Of a stretch of 64,000 bases of DNA, positions 1 through 13,173 are shown piece after piece. The notes below the pieces were generated by a model. That model searched no databases, had not been told where the DNA came from, and worked only from the letters and a program-made list of their open reading frames with translations. The stretch is from Eledone cirrhosa (Eukaryota), in the NCBI GenBank assembly GCA_964016885.1, contig OZ024744.1:135966001-136030000 (forward strand). Reading direction: 5' to 3'. A program made the translations under genes and the position numbers. How positions within the stretch are numbered: position 1 is the first letter of the stretch; each line of letters starts with the position of its first letter.

Positions 1-327
1 ATTGGAAAAATGTGGAAATTGAGAACTAAAACAATACCAGTGGTTGTAGGTGCTCTGGGAATGATACCTAAGGGGTCTAATGATTACTTATCGCAAATCC
101 CAGGAAACCCGCGTATAGGAGAAATACAAAAGATAGTACTAATGGGAACTGCCCATATACTAAAGAAGATTCTGTCAATATAAGTACTTCACAAGTCTAA
201 ACACCTAAAGATGCATGTGTGAGTATGTATGTTCTTTCTTGAACATGGCGGACCTTGTTGTCTCTTGAGGTCACTGGTTGTGACTTGGTGATAACTCGTA
301 TGAACATAAAGCAAGATAAATGCAACT

Positions 328-371
<44 letters not shown>
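1..371 (+). mobile_element. 3' end of a Dong/R4-like RLE non-LTR retrotransposon (family B) with (TAA)n tail
   Basis: Encodes the RLE C-terminus ...TIPVVVGALG...IQKIVLMGTAHILKKILSI*; near-identical to 8564-8893; ends in a (TAA)n tract. Confidence 0.85.
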
Positions 372-373
<2 letters not shown>

Positions 374-840
374 TCGTTATGGAATCGCTCCCGTAAGTTT
401 TTGATTTTTACTTATTTAAAACAACTGTGATAGAATAATTCTTATTACAAATGATGTATAAGATTACAGTTTTTACGCTCAGCAAGCCACAACACATCAC
501 TTTATAGCATAGGGCCCCAATATTTAATATTTAATTTTGGATCAGAAATGTTATAGTCGAAAAAAGGAAAATGGCAAAATGGCTAAGTGGACAGACAGGC
601 AAATAATTTCACCACCAACACCACCACCACCATCACCACTACTACCACGCCAAAAACTCTAGTCAAGTTACCTTAACTTCTATTTCAACTTCAACACCAT
701 CACTACAGTACTACGATCACATCACCACAACCACTGTCTCATTATCGCTACCGCCGTTATTCTCTCCCACTACCTCCTGCTAAGAAATGCATCGTAGTAC
801 CACCACTAAAAGAGGAAGGCATCAAAAGAGATAAATAGAC

Positions 841-3800
841 TGATTTGATGACCCGGTCAAAAAATCAAAAATCAAAATCAAAACAGCACAGCAACAACGA
901 AAAACGTAAAGAAAAGAAAAATGAAAATCAAAACAAACAGACAGACAGAGAAGGAGAAAAAAAAAAACTAAGTCAGACATTCAAACATTACATTACAATG
1001 AAACTTATGCTTATTCTTTTTGGGTGGTTTTTTTTTTTACCTATTTGTTTGTTTATTTATGTTCGTCTACAGCGTGATAGTGCCACACTAAAATCACCGG
1101 AGGTGATGAAATCACCAGTGGTTATGTAACCATACATTCACCAATCCTCGATAAGAGTGTTTAAATGTCGAACCTAAACAGTTCGAATAACGGTGAAGTG
1201 GAGACTTGAATGTCATGTGACAGACTCTCACCCAGCAGGTGCTCCCTGGCTCAGCAGCAGGGACCTGGCTGTCAACCAAGTACTGCTGGTGTCGGAGGAA
1301 GAAGAAAGAAAGGGACCAGAACCAACTGGACGAAAGAATTGAATAGAACTGTTATGCAATGTTACCTGAAGAGTAACCCCAAGGAGAAAGGCTATAGGAA
1401 ACGGATGCATAAGATCTGGAACGAGATTGGTCTATTTAAATTAGATGAACAAAAATTGGCCGGGCAGGCTCGGGTAATAAGAACTAATGGGTGGATAAGC
1501 GAGCTGGAACTGGAGGAACTGAGCAGAGAGATTAGGTTGGAAATGGAGAGTGGAGTATGCCAGGCAAATAAGCCAGTGGGAAATGAAGGTGAGGAGGTTG
1601 AGAGAACGGAGGAACCATCCGAAGCAGACAATGATCTGAATGCTGAAATAAATAATACCTGGAACAAAGATACGGCCATTGAGGAAATGAATGCTGACGG
1701 GCTAGGACAAGATTTGGTTGATATCCTGAACTTAGTGGTAGATGAAATGAACAATGATAGTGGAAAACCTATGAACCTAAGATTTGTAGACAGGAAAAAG
1801 TTAAAAGAAACAACAGCTAAGGTAAACAAAGTCATCCCATACCTTGAGGCGAGGAGCTTTCACCAGTGCAACAATATCCTCAAAGCAACAGCAAATGCAG
1901 TGAGGAAATTACTTGGCATAAAAGCAAGAGGAAACAACAAACAAGAAAGATCAGAACCTTGGTGGAAGAAACGACTGAATGGTCAAATCAGGGAAATGAG
2001 AAATGACATTGGAAAGCTTGAGTCCCTACTGAATGGGACACTAAAAAACAGACACTAAAAATAGACTGGAAATAAAGTACAAAACTAGGAGGAAAAAGCT
2101 AAATATTATCATAGAGGAACTGAAGCAATGCATTGTAGCAAAGAGTGCAAAAATTAGGCGATACGAGAGCAGAGTTTGTCAGTATAGACAGAACCGCATG
2201 TTTGACAACAACCAGAAGATGCTGTTTGGACAGCTTGAAGGGAAAGAAAGAGGCAACGACTTGATCCCTGAGGCGGAACAAACTAAGACATTCTGGAGAG
2301 GAATATGGGAGCAGGATGTTAAACATAATGACCAGGCAGTGTGGATTGAGACAGTACAAAAGGAGATTAGTGAACAGGCACACCAACAACCTGATTTGAG
2401 TATCACAGTTGAAACTCTTAAGGGGCAGGCCAAAAAACTAACCAACTGGAAATCACCAGGCCCAGATGGTGTGCAGGGGTATTGGATTAAACATTTAACA
2501 TCCCTCCACCCGAAACTGACAACCATGTTCAATGACTGCTTGATGTCAGGTGAGGTACCAGAGTGGTTGACAAAAGGTACCACAGTTCTGGTAATGAAAG
2601 ACCGAATCAAGGGTAATGATGTTACCAACTATAGACCTATCACATGTCTGTCCGTAATGTGGAAACTGTTGACAAGCATTATGTCTGAGGAAATCTACTA
2701 TCACCTCCACACAAACAACTTGTTACCGGACGAACAGAAAGGATGCCGAAAGAAGTCCCGTGGTACAAAGGTCCAGTTACTTATTGATAAGATGGTAATG
2801 AGGAATTGCAAGAAGAGACACACTGGTCTTGCCATGGAAAAGGGAGAGGGAGAGCTTACCATCAATCACCTCCTCTTCATGGACGATCTTAAGCTCTTCG
2901 GGAAGAGTGAGAAGGAGTTGGATGTGCTTGTTGACACTGTCCGTATTTTCAGCAATGATATATGTATGCAATTTGGTATTAGTAAGTGTAGAGTCCTTGT
3001 GATGAAGAGGAGTAAGTTGAGCAGAAGCAATGGAATCCAGGTACCAACAGGTGAGATGATAAAGGAAATTGACACTGAAAAAGGATACAAGTATTTGGGT
3101 GTTCTGGAGGCTGATGACATCAAGAACAAAAAAAATGAAGGAATTGATAAGATCTGAATACATTCGGAGAGTAAGGAGCATATTAAAGTCACATCTGAAC
3201 AGTAGGAATGCCATAAGTGCAGTAAATTCCCGAGCTGTGTCTATTATTAGGTACAGTGTGGGAATTCTGAGATGGAATGTTGCTGAACAAAAAGAAATGG
3301 ATAGGAAGACTAGGAAGCTATTGACTATCTACAACATGTTCCACAAGAGGAGTGATGTCGATAGACTCTACCTAAGGAGATCTGAAGGTGGAAGAGGTCT
3401 TATCAGCATAGAGGACTGTGTTCAGATAGAGAAAAACAACCTACACAAATACGTGACTGATAGTAAGGAGCCAATGCTCAGAATTGTACTGAAGGAGAGG
3501 ACAATAGACCAGGGGATGTCCAAGGAGAAAGAGCAGCCTTCATGAAAAATCCCTTCATAGTACCTTCTTTGAGAAAACTGAATTCAGAGATCCACAGACA
3601 TGGAACTGGTTGAAAAGAGACCTTAAAAAGGCTACAGAAGGAATGCTAATGGCTGCGCAAGAGCAGGCCCTCAAAACAAAGTGGTTGAAACACCATATTT
3701 ACAAGGAGGAGGCTAGCCCACTGTGCAGGATCTGTGGAGAGAGAGAGGAGACTGTGGCTCACATTGTATCCGAGTGTAAACACCTAGCCCAGACTCACTA

Positions 3801-4388
3801 TAAGGGCTGGAGACATGATGTGATGGGCAGGGTGATCCACTGGCACTGATGCAAAGTAAACAATTTACCACATTCTGAGAAGTGGTATGAGCATAAGCCA
3901 GAGTCGGTGATAGAAAACGATCAGGTGAAGGTGCTGTGGGATTTTAGGATACAGACGGACAAGAAACTGGAACACAATAGACCTGACCTGGTGGTTTTGG
4001 ACAAGGAAAAAAGATTGTGCCTGATTGTGGATGTGGCCTGACCATTCGACATGAGAGTGCAAGAGAAGGAGAGGGAGAAAATTAACCGATACCAGGACTT
4101 AAAGTGGGAGGTAAAAAGGATTTGGAACTGCCATGAAGTCAAAGTGGTCCCGATTGTCATAGGTGCACTAGGTACTATCTCAAAAAGTTTCCAGGGATGG
4201 TTAAAGAAAATTGGCCCCTTCACGCTTTTTGGAACGCTTCAAAAGGCATGCTTGCTGGGAACAGCAAGAACCCTCCGATACGTCCTGAATATCTGAGGCT
4301 GCAGGTAGTGGCTTGATATTCATTTCAACAAACTTTCCAGTTAACTAACATCAATGACTGAGACTCAAAGAACAATAATAATAATAAT
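841..4388 (+). mobile_element. Near full-length, degenerate Dong/R4-like non-LTR retrotransposon (family A)
   Basis: Fragmented ORFs 1210-4296: Myb-like N-terminus (WTKELNRTVMQCY), RT (NYRPITCL, HLLFMDDLKL) with an internal deletion near 2835, CCHC finger (CRICGEREETVAHIVSEC), RLE (RPDLVV, KINRYQDL); (TAA)n tail. The 5' boundary is approximate. Confidence 0.9.
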
Positions 4389-7292
4389 GTTTTCATTTAT
4401 TAGCCACAAGGGCCGACATGTAGTGGACAATACAAAGATAGGGACAGTGGGGGTTTACAATAAGGTCGAGTAAAAGTGCACAATGGCAAGACTAATTTAA
4501 CAATGAAGATATAAAAATATAAAATAAATTATGCATAAATATAACAAAATAAATTCCCCGATGGGGGTGGACGACCCTGGGGTGACTCAAGTACCCCACC
4601 GATCCTGAACCACCCTGCGCTTCTAGGGCATCCAGGGAGAGCACCCCTCTCCTCAAGTTAGCTAGCCTATAGGCGCATGGTCAGAGTAGGCCCATTCACA
4701 CGAGCCATTCTCGCCACATTCATCCACCTTTTAGCAAATGTACTGGGGGGGCAGCACTTCTCTCTCCACTCTCACCATCCTTTCCAGGTGAAACTTGAAG
4801 AAGTTGATGAGGGATTGGCCGAAGAGAAAAGTGTCTGTCTTCAGTCCTTTTAACCTGGTCCACCATATAACCTCTTTCGCAATTGCCACCAGACAGAGGA
4901 ACATTTCCTGCTCTTCCTGACCTAAGGAAGGCGGCGGGTCGATCTTCACTATGGACTCGGCCGATAGCCGGATTCGTTCCACACGCGACAGTAGCTGTTC
5001 GACATAACTCCACAAGTCAGTAATGCACGGACATTGGACAAGTGCGTGCAGAACGGTTTCGTCGTTCTGTGCGCATCTTGGGCAGGTCCGTCTGACAGCA
5101 CTTCCGTGCCTGTAGAGTTTATCCCGAACCGGCAGTGCCCCCCGGTAGCACTGCCAAGCGAGGGATTTCTGGAAATTGTCCATCGTCCCCGGCTCGAAAG
5201 TCCTCCGGTACAGACTGGTCAGTTCGACTTCGTCGAGGCCCAAAGCTGCACCGAGTGCATCATCGCACTTGCCCACCACTAATCCTCTATAGAACGCGAG
5301 AGTGGAAGTTCCACTGATTGCATTGCCCGCTTAATAGAGGGCAGTGAGTGCCTGGCAACATTGCAGGTGCCAGTGACCCAGTCTCGGTCTCTTCTTGACC
5401 CAGGATTGCAGCTCAGTCAAAGAAATGAGCTGCGGAAAGGACCGTCTGATAAACGGCGACCACACCTGTTCACCGTTGAGGCAGAATATCTGGAGATGTC
5501 GCAGCCTCAACGCATATCTGCGCATCATTAGCCACGGCATGCCCAGCCCTCCGTATAGAGGGTGCTGGCAGCAGATGGACCGCCTCACCAACGGAATTTG
5601 TCTCTTCCACAAGAATTTGAAGAGGAGCCGTTCCAACTTGACGAGGCGCGGACGAGGGCAAGGCACGACGGTCAGGCGGTAGTAGATGACGGACGCGATG
5701 TACGCATTCGCCACCTCCACATGACCTTTCGGTGATAGCTTCCTCCCAGTCCATTTTTGGGTGAGGCTGGCTACTCTGTTCGTTATCTCGTCCCAATTCT
5801 TTTCCACCTGGAGGTCTGGTCCGAACCAAACCCCGAGCAACTTTACCGGTCCATCCATCCAGCACCCCACGACGCTGTTGGATGGCATGGGCTTGCCTCT
5901 CTAGGTTCCGAACTGCAAGCCCACCAACTTTTCCGGGTTAAGTTTGGCTCCTGTCAACCTTTCATATTCCTTCAATAAGGTGCCGACCACATCGTTTTCT
6001 GAGGTGTTCGCCACCATCACGGTGATGTCGTCCGCATAAGCCTACACCGCCTTTCCACATCCCGGTTCGAGTGGGATGCCCTGCAACAGCTCCAGCTTCT
6101 GAAGTAAAGGCTCGAGAGTCAATACGTACAGAAGAGAGGAGAGAGGGCACCCTTGACGGACCGATCGGGAGAGCCGAAATGGTTGCGAGAGGTGGCCATT
6201 AACCTTGACCACCGAGCGTGTGCCGCTGTGCATTGCAGCAATCCAGCTTCTGAAGACAGGGCCAAAGCCAGCTGCTTTGAGGACAAACTCCAGATACCGA
6301 TGGTCGACCCTATCGAATGCTTTCGATTGATCTAAATTGATCAGTGCCTCACCAAAGCCAGGTTTACACCCTACCCTCTCTATGATGTATCGCATGAGGT
6401 GGAGATTGTCGTGTATGGACCTGGCTGGGATTGCGCAAGTTTGCGCCTCCCCAACCAAATCCTCGACGACAAGCGCCAATCTCTTTGCTACACCTTGGCC
6501 AAAATCTTAAACTCTGTGTTGAGCAGAGTTATGGGCCTGAAGTTGTCTAATGTATCCCTCTTGTTCTCGTCTTTCCTTATCAGCGTCACCACTCCCCTGC
6601 TCACAGAACTGGGAATACTCCTATTCTGCTGCCAGTTACAGTAGAGTGCTTCGAGGAGATCGGAGAACAAATCTGGCATATTTACGTAAAGCTCGTAGGG
6701 CAGGCCATCCAAACCGGGTGACTTGCGCCTCATGCAGCCGACAAGGGCGTCCTGAATTTCGGCTGAAGTAATCGGTCTTTCGCAGCGCTCAGCATCGAGT
6801 GTCGATATGCGTGGCAAGCCGCCAAGGTAGGGACTGAAATCCGCTACTCTCTCTGACTCGCCACTCTCCCCGAACAACCGAGCAAAGTGCTGGCGAAAGG
6901 CCTCACACATCCGCTTGGAATCGCTTATCTCGTGTCCGTCTCGGTTCACAAAAGACCGAATTGTGGTTTTATTACCACGCTGCGCCTCCGCCACGCGTGC
7001 CCATCGAACAGCTTTGGTTGCCTCGTTTCTCAGCGCACGCGCCTTAGCTCTGACGATGCAACCTTCGTGTTTCGCATTGAAGAAATGGTCTAATGCCATT
7101 CTCGCCGCTATCACGTCAGTTGCAATGCCACTACAAATAGCCTCGTCTAACTTATCAACCAGCTCCCCCACCTTTCTATTTTTCTCTAACGTTAGTTCTT
7201 TGCTGAACTCTATCGAAGTTACTCTAATCTCTCTTTTGAGACTCCCCCACCATCTGTTGTTGATGATCCCCCCTGTCAACTTTTGCTTAACT
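4388..7292 (-). mobile_element. 5'-truncated Tx1-clade LINE (TAA-associated family), degenerate ORF2
   Basis: ORF pieces with FRPITLLNTE, LDQSKAFDRVDH, RQGCPLS, AYADD and C-terminal CPRC...H..C; (TAA)n on both sides. Confidence 0.9.
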
Positions 7293-7299
7293 GATAATA

Positions 7300-7336
<37 letters not shown>

Positions 7337-7535
7337 TGTTTCTACATTAGCCACAAGGCCAGCAATTACCCAGTGCATTACTGGTACTTTATTTTATCGA
7401 CCCCGTCAGGATGAAAGGCAAAGTTAAATAATAAAAATAATAATAATTGTTTCTACTTTTGGCACAAGACCAGCAATTATTCCAGTGTATTACTGGTACT
7501 TTATTTTATCGACCCCATAAGGATGAAAGGCAAAC
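7337..7535 (-). mobile_element. Two 5'-truncated copies of a tRNA-derived SINE
   Basis: Match the 3' half of the full SINE at 21461-21648. Confidence 0.85.
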
Positions 7536-7539
7536 CCAT

Positions 7540-8905
7540 AAACACGCTTGCCATACCAGTAGTAACCTACAATTACAATGTCATCAACTGGTCAAGCACA
7601 GATATCTGTAGGCTCGATACAAAAAATTCTTAAGAAAATTCTTAACCATGCACAGAATGCATCACCCTAAGGCAGATATAGATAGAATATATCTCCCTAG
7701 GAAAGAAGGAGGACGTGGGTTAATCCAGTTAGATATTGCGTTGAAAACTGCAACAATGGATTATCTACATATCTAAGGGAATCACATGATTGGATGATCA
7801 AACTCGTTTTGAAACACGAAAGCATCAAAAGATCATATTCCATTACAAAAGATGCACAAAGATACAGTAATGGACTACAAATTTCAGAAGTCCCATTTAC
7901 TGCTGAAATGGAAAACACAGAAAAAGCAAAGCAGGTAAAAGTAACTGCAAGGAAAGAACTGCTACAGAAACTGGCTAAGAAATGGCAAGAAAAGCCTCTG
8001 TATAGAAAATACCCAGAAAGAGCTAACAATCCTGATGTTGACAAAACTTTAACCCATCAGTGGTTAGCATCCTCTGGACTGAAATCGGAGACTGAAGGAC
8101 TGATTATATCAGCACAAGATCAATGTCTGCCAATAAAAAATTACCAAGCCAACATAATATAAAATGGATGCAACCCATTATGCCGTGTATGTAAAAAACA
8201 ACCAGAGACAATTGATCATATAATTTCAATGTGCAGTCCTATAGCTCCAACCGAATACCAAAACAGGCATGACAGAGCTGCACAATACATACATTGGATA
8301 ATGTGTAAGCATTTTGACCTGCCCCATCAAAAGAATTGGTGGGAGCATCAACCACCTCCCATACTTGAAAAAGGTTACATCTCAATCTTGTGGAACTTTC
8401 GCATCCAAACAGACCGAAAAATAGATGCAAATAGACCTGATATAATACTGAAGGACTTTAAAAAGAGGGTATGCCTGCTAATTGATATGTCCGTTCCAAT
8501 AGACAAGAATGTATCTATAAAAACATTTGAAAAATTGAGCAAGTATAAGGACCTGGAGATAGAAATTGGAAAAATGTGGAAATTGAGAACTAAAACAATA
8601 CCAGTGGTTGTAGGCGCTCTGGCAATGATACCTAAGGGGTCTAATGATTACTTATCGCAAATCCCAGGAAACCCGCATATAGGAGAAATACAAAAGATAG
8701 TACTAATGGGAACTGCCCATATACTAAAGAAGATTCTGTCAATATAAGTACATCACAAGTCTAAACACCTAAAGATGCATGTCTGAGTATGTATGTTCTT
8801 TCTTGAACATGGCGGACCTTGTTGTCTCTTGAGGTCACTGGTTGTGACTTGGTGATAACTCGTATGAACATAAAGCAAGATAAATGCAACTGTAATAATA
8901 ATAAT
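7540..8905 (+). mobile_element. 5'-truncated Dong/R4-like element (family B)
   Basis: ORFs 7794-8162 and 8229-8747 with ETEGLIISAQDQ, CRVC..H..C, RPDIILKD, KLSKYKDL; TAA tail. Confidence 0.88.
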
Positions 8906-8994
8906 TGTTTCTACTTTAGGCACAAGGCCAGCAATTACCCAGTACATTACTGGTACTTTAATAATAATAATAATAATACTGATTGTAGATGCTC

Positions 8995-9370
8995 GTGCCT
9001 GATTGTAGAAGAGGCCTGCCCATTTGACACGAGAATGCAAGAAAAGGAGAGGGAGAAAAATTAACTGATACCAGGACTTAAAGTGGGAGGTAAAAAGGAT
9101 TTGGAACTGCCATGAAATCAAGGTCGTCCCGATTGTCATAGGTGCACTAGGTACTATCTCAAAGAGTTTCCAAGGATGGTTAAAGAAAGTTAGTCCAGCC
9201 CTGCTTTTTGGAACACTTCAAAAGCCATGCTTGCTGGGAACAGCAAGAACCCTCCGATACGTCCTGAATATCTGAGGCTGCAGGTAGCGGCTTGATATTC
9301 ATTTCAACAAACTTTCCAGTTAACTAACATCAATGACTGAGACTCAAAGAATGATAATAATAATAATAAT
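8995..9370 (+). mobile_element. 3' fragment of Dong/R4-like family A
   Basis: Highly similar to about 4015-4388. Confidence 0.85.
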
Positions 9371-9577
9371 TTCATTTATTGGCCACAAGGGCCGACATGT
9401 AGGGGACAATACAAAGATAGGGACAGTGGGGGGTTTACAATAAGGTTGAGTAAAAGTGCACAATGGCAAGACTAATTTAACAATGAAGATATAAAAATAT
9501 AAAATAAATGTATAAATATAACAAAATAAATTCCCCTATAGGGGGTGGACGACCCTGGGGTGACTTAGGTACCCCAC
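9370..9577 (-). mobile_element. 3' terminal fragment of the TAA-associated Tx1 family
   Basis: Highly similar to about 4390-4600. Confidence 0.85.
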
Positions 9578-9862
9578 TTTATGTACTAAATTTCATAAAC
9601 AAAAATAATTTCGAAAAAATAAATAATTTAAAATTGACTTCTTTTCAAAGTTGCACTTCATGGATTACGTTACTGATTACATAAGACAGTGTAACAACAT
9701 CTTCATTCAATTTCTATGTATTATATATTGTCAATTACGATTTTATGATATATCATATCTACATGTATATATACTTGCGTATAATATCAATATACACACT
9801 ACACATGCTAGCAGAAAACCACCCGAAGAGTGGTTTTCTGTTAGTATTTCTAATAATAATAA

Positions 9863-10245
9863 TTGTTTCTACTTTTGGCACAAGGCCACCAATTATACCA
9901 GTGTATTACTGGTACTTTATTTTATTGACCCCGTAAGGATGAAAGGCAAAGTTAACCTCGGCAGGATTTGAACTTAGAATGGCAAGGGCCATAACTCTAT
10001 GCATCAAAGCATGGCGTCCAACCCTCTCCCGATACTGCCAATCCAAATAATAATTGTTTCTACTTTAGGCACAAGGCCAGCAATTACTCAGTGCATTACT
10101 GGTACTTTATTTTATCGACCCCGTATGGATGAAAGGCAAAGTTAACCTCGGCGGGATTTGAACTCAGATTGTAAAGGGACGTAACTATGCTGGAAAGCAT
10201 GGTGTCCGACCCTCTACCGATACTGCCAATCCACCGCCAATCCAA
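9863..10245 (-). mobile_element. Two tandem tRNA-derived SINE copies
   Basis: Reverse complement of the SINE at 21461-21648, including the B-box GTTCAAATCC. Confidence 0.85.
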
Positions 10246-10265
10246 ATAATAATGATTTCTATTTT

Positions 10266-10462
10266 ATGGTGGTGGTGGTGGTGTTGGTGATGGTGGTGTT
10301 GGTGGTGTTGATGGTGGTGAGGATGGGGGTGGTGGTCATGGTGGTGGTGGTGATGATGATGGTTGTGGTGGTGACAATGGTGATGGTGGTGTTGATGGTG
10401 GTGATGATTGGGGGGGGGGGTGACAATGGTGGTGGTGATGGTAGTGATGGTGGTGGTGATGA
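10266..10462. repeat. (GGT/GAT)n compound microsatellite
   Basis: Directly visible. Confidence 0.9.
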
Positions 10463-10479
10463 GAATGAGGAGAAATAAT

Positions 10480-10610
10480 TATTTCTACTTTAGACACAAG
10501 GCCAGCAATTTTAAGGGGAGTGGAAAGTCAATTAAATCGACCCTAGTGTATTACCGGTACTTTATTTTATCAACCCCACCGTAAGGATGAAAGGCAAAGC
10601 TAACCCTGGT
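10480..10610 (-). mobile_element. SINE fragment (subfamily with G-rich insert)
   Basis: Same core and tail as the other SINE copies plus a ggggagtggaaagtc insert; similar copies at 15812-16000 and 29170-29290. Confidence 0.75.
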
Positions 10611-10649
10611 GGTAATTTAAATAACAATAGCTAGTTAAGTTGATGAAAT

Positions 10650-11240
10650 ACAGGATTAGATTTGGCAAGAAAGGAGGTACTCATCCCCCCTGCTCCTATT
10701 CCACCGTTTCTCTGTTATTGCCCTTTGTCAAGACTATTGACTGTTTCTCAAAGCTGGAATGAAAGGACGACGGAACTCATCAAAAAATATAGCAAAGAAG
10801 GAAGCCTACAAAGTTTGGCTTTGAAATAAGTCGTTCTTGCACTTGCGATACTAGCAGGCAGACAGAATTGCAGCAGAGACAGTAAAGGCTTCCAAATTTA
10901 AGGCATGGGGGTTAAATTAGAATCCAACATTAGATCAGCAAATAAAGTTTTGACAGACCATCCACCGACTTCGTAATAAGAAGCCCTCTACCATACTTGC
11001 TATGAAGAATGTGTCTGCGGTTCTCCTCTCTTCAGAGAAGTGCATCCTCATGAAGTGGATAGAATACTTTGCTGATCTCCTAAACAGATTCGTCTGATGT
11101 ACATGAGGGGCATCTCTCAGAGACTGAGATCACAAGAGCAGTTAAAGAGCTCAAGGATGCTGGGGAAGATGAAATCCAACCCAAGATGTTAAAAGCCTTA
11201 AATAGAGAAGGTATTCTCTGGCTGACTCGTGTGTGAGAGA
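10650..11240 (+). mobile_element. Degenerate RTE-clade (Rex3/Expander-like) LINE fragment
   Basis: Residual peptide GEDEIQPKMLKALNREGILWLTRV at about 11162-11235 resembles the pre-RT region of Rex3-type RTEs. Confidence 0.55.
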
Positions 11241-11622
11241 GAAAGAGAGCGTCTAAGAGAGGTGAAAGAGAGAAACATTGTATAGATAAGTAGAGAGGGG
11301 GTAGAGAGAACTAAAGACAGAAAGAGTGGGCAAGTCTCTTCTTGTCGTGTAACATCACGACAGTTAGAGAGGCAGGTCGAGACCAACGAGCCAGACTAAG
11401 GTGTCATTTGTAATATTACAGATTGCCTCCAGGCCTCCAGGAAAACTGCTGAGAGGGGTAATCCTGAACAATATTCAGCACAGTGTGGTCAGGGTTCCCC
11501 CAGCCACATGTTGGGCTTTCCTGGCATATGTTGTACAGATCAAATTTAGGGGCCCCCGCCTTGCCTTCTGGCAAGTGAAAGGTGAGCATACATCAGAAAG
11601 AGATGATTTATCAATAAATTAC

Positions 11623-11810
11623 CCCGAAGAGAAGATATCCATTGCTGGAGTGAGATCTCCAAATTTGGTTTCACTGGAAGTCAAATCAAGGCTGACCTGG
11701 GTCGCGGCATCTGCATTCTTCCAGCTGCTGTCTACAAACCTCTCCGGCGCTATGTAACATGTTCGGCGGCGTGAGGTATCAAAGAAATACGAGAAATCGG
11801 ATGGGTTGTC
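11623..11810 (-). CDS. PIK3R4: PIK3R4/VPS15 coding exon 6
   Basis: [26 protein letters not shown]...[13 protein letters not shown]; AG acceptor and GT donor; 188 nt. No further exon found in 1-11622. Confidence 0.95.
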
Positions 11811-12052
11811 CTGTAAAGAAACAAACAAAAAGTTTTAGATTAACTAAAACTTTTAAAAACTAGAATTTTGTCCATACGTTGATGCGTATGTATATGTATA
11901 TGGGTCTCTGTACATTTATATGTATGAGTATATAAATATAAACATATAAACACAGACACACTTACAAAAATACACACTCACACACATACATTCACATACA
12001 CACACATACATTCACACAAACACACACACATACATTCAGACAAACACACATA

Positions 12053-12215
12053 CGAGGTGCGTCAAAAAAGTTCCAGGGCTGATGTCACAAAAGATTTATT
12101 TCAAACCCAAACTTCACACTAAGAGTTTTCTCCTTCAAAGTAATCACCCTGGAGTACGATACTGTAATCTTAGCTCTCTGCAGTGTTCAATCTTTTTTCT
12201 TCATAAATTTATGGC
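12053..12215 (+). mobile_element. Left end of a mariner transposon (truncated)
   Basis: TA followed by a TIR matching the element at 25176-26040. Confidence 0.85.
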
Positions 12216-12453
12216 TGTAGTATCAGAGCTGTGATCTCTCAATTCAGAGATTCTTTCCTGAGACATTCTAACCACATGTCATAGTATCAAAGCTGTGATC
12301 TCTCAATTTAGAGATTCTTTCCTGAGACATTCTAACCACATGTCATAGTATCAGAGTTGTAATCTCTCAATTCAGAGATTCTTTCCTGAGACATTGTAAC
12401 TACATGAACATAGTATCAGAGCTGTGATCTCTCAATTAGGAGATTCTTTCCTG

Positions 12454-12820
12454 AGACCCAAGACCTGGGATGAGGTGGTAAAAGCCAACCTTACCCAATT
12501 ACACCTCTCAAAGGCGATGTCACACGACCGTAACCTCTGGCGTCATGCAGTAATACAGAGTACCCGACCTCCCATGGGTACAAGCTGAAGCATATAGACA
12601 ATATGCTCACACACCCTCCCACTGCAAAGTGGTCGTGCCACGGAAAAAAGCACCCAGCACTCACTGTAAATGAGGGTGGTGTTAGGAAGGGCATCCAGCT
12701 GTAGAAATCAAGCCAAAATCATTTCCTGTATGAGCAAGGCATGGTCAGCCGACCAGGCACAGCCCACAACAGGACAACCCGTCTGACCCATGCTAGCGTG
12801 GAAGAACGGACGTAAAACAG

Positions 12821-12853
<33 letters not shown>
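12454..12853 (+). mobile_element. 5'-truncated RTE LINE 3' end with (GAT)n tail
   Basis: Begins near KTWDEVVKA (RTE C-terminus), has the aggaagggcatccagc 3'UTR motif and a (GAT)n tail. Confidence 0.8.
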
Positions 12854-13173
12854 GACATTCTAACTACATGTCCATAGCATCTAAGCTGTGATCTCTCAAT
12901 TCAGAGATTCTTTCCTGAGGCATTCTAACCACATGTCATAGTATCAGAGCTGTGATCTCTCAATTCAGAGATTCTTTCCTGAGATATTCTAACCACATGT
13001 CATAGTATCAGAGCTGTGATCTCTCAATTCAGAGATTCTTTCCTGAGACATTCTAACCACATGTCATAGTATCAGAGCTGTGATCTCTCAATTCAGAGAT
13101 TCTTTCCTGAGACATTCTAACCACATGTCATAGTATCAGAGCTGTGATCTCTCAATTCAGAGATTCTTTCCCC

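Noticed and set aside
845-1129. 94-aa Lys-rich/hydrophobic ORF
   Set aside because: Low-complexity A-rich then T-rich tracts upstream of the Dong element; TTG start; no coding support.
6488-7378. 296-aa ORF with hydrophobic poly-Ile N-terminus
   Set aside because: Chance read-through from a SINE and (TAA)n into Tx1 ORF2; not a membrane protein gene.
10266-10478. Val/Met-rich ORF and the many YI/IY-rich ORFs
   Set aside because: Translations of microsatellites.
1-11622. Next PIK3R4 exon after DIFSSG
   Set aside because: No matching exon seen; the region is accounted for mostly by TEs, so the exon probably lies outside the window.
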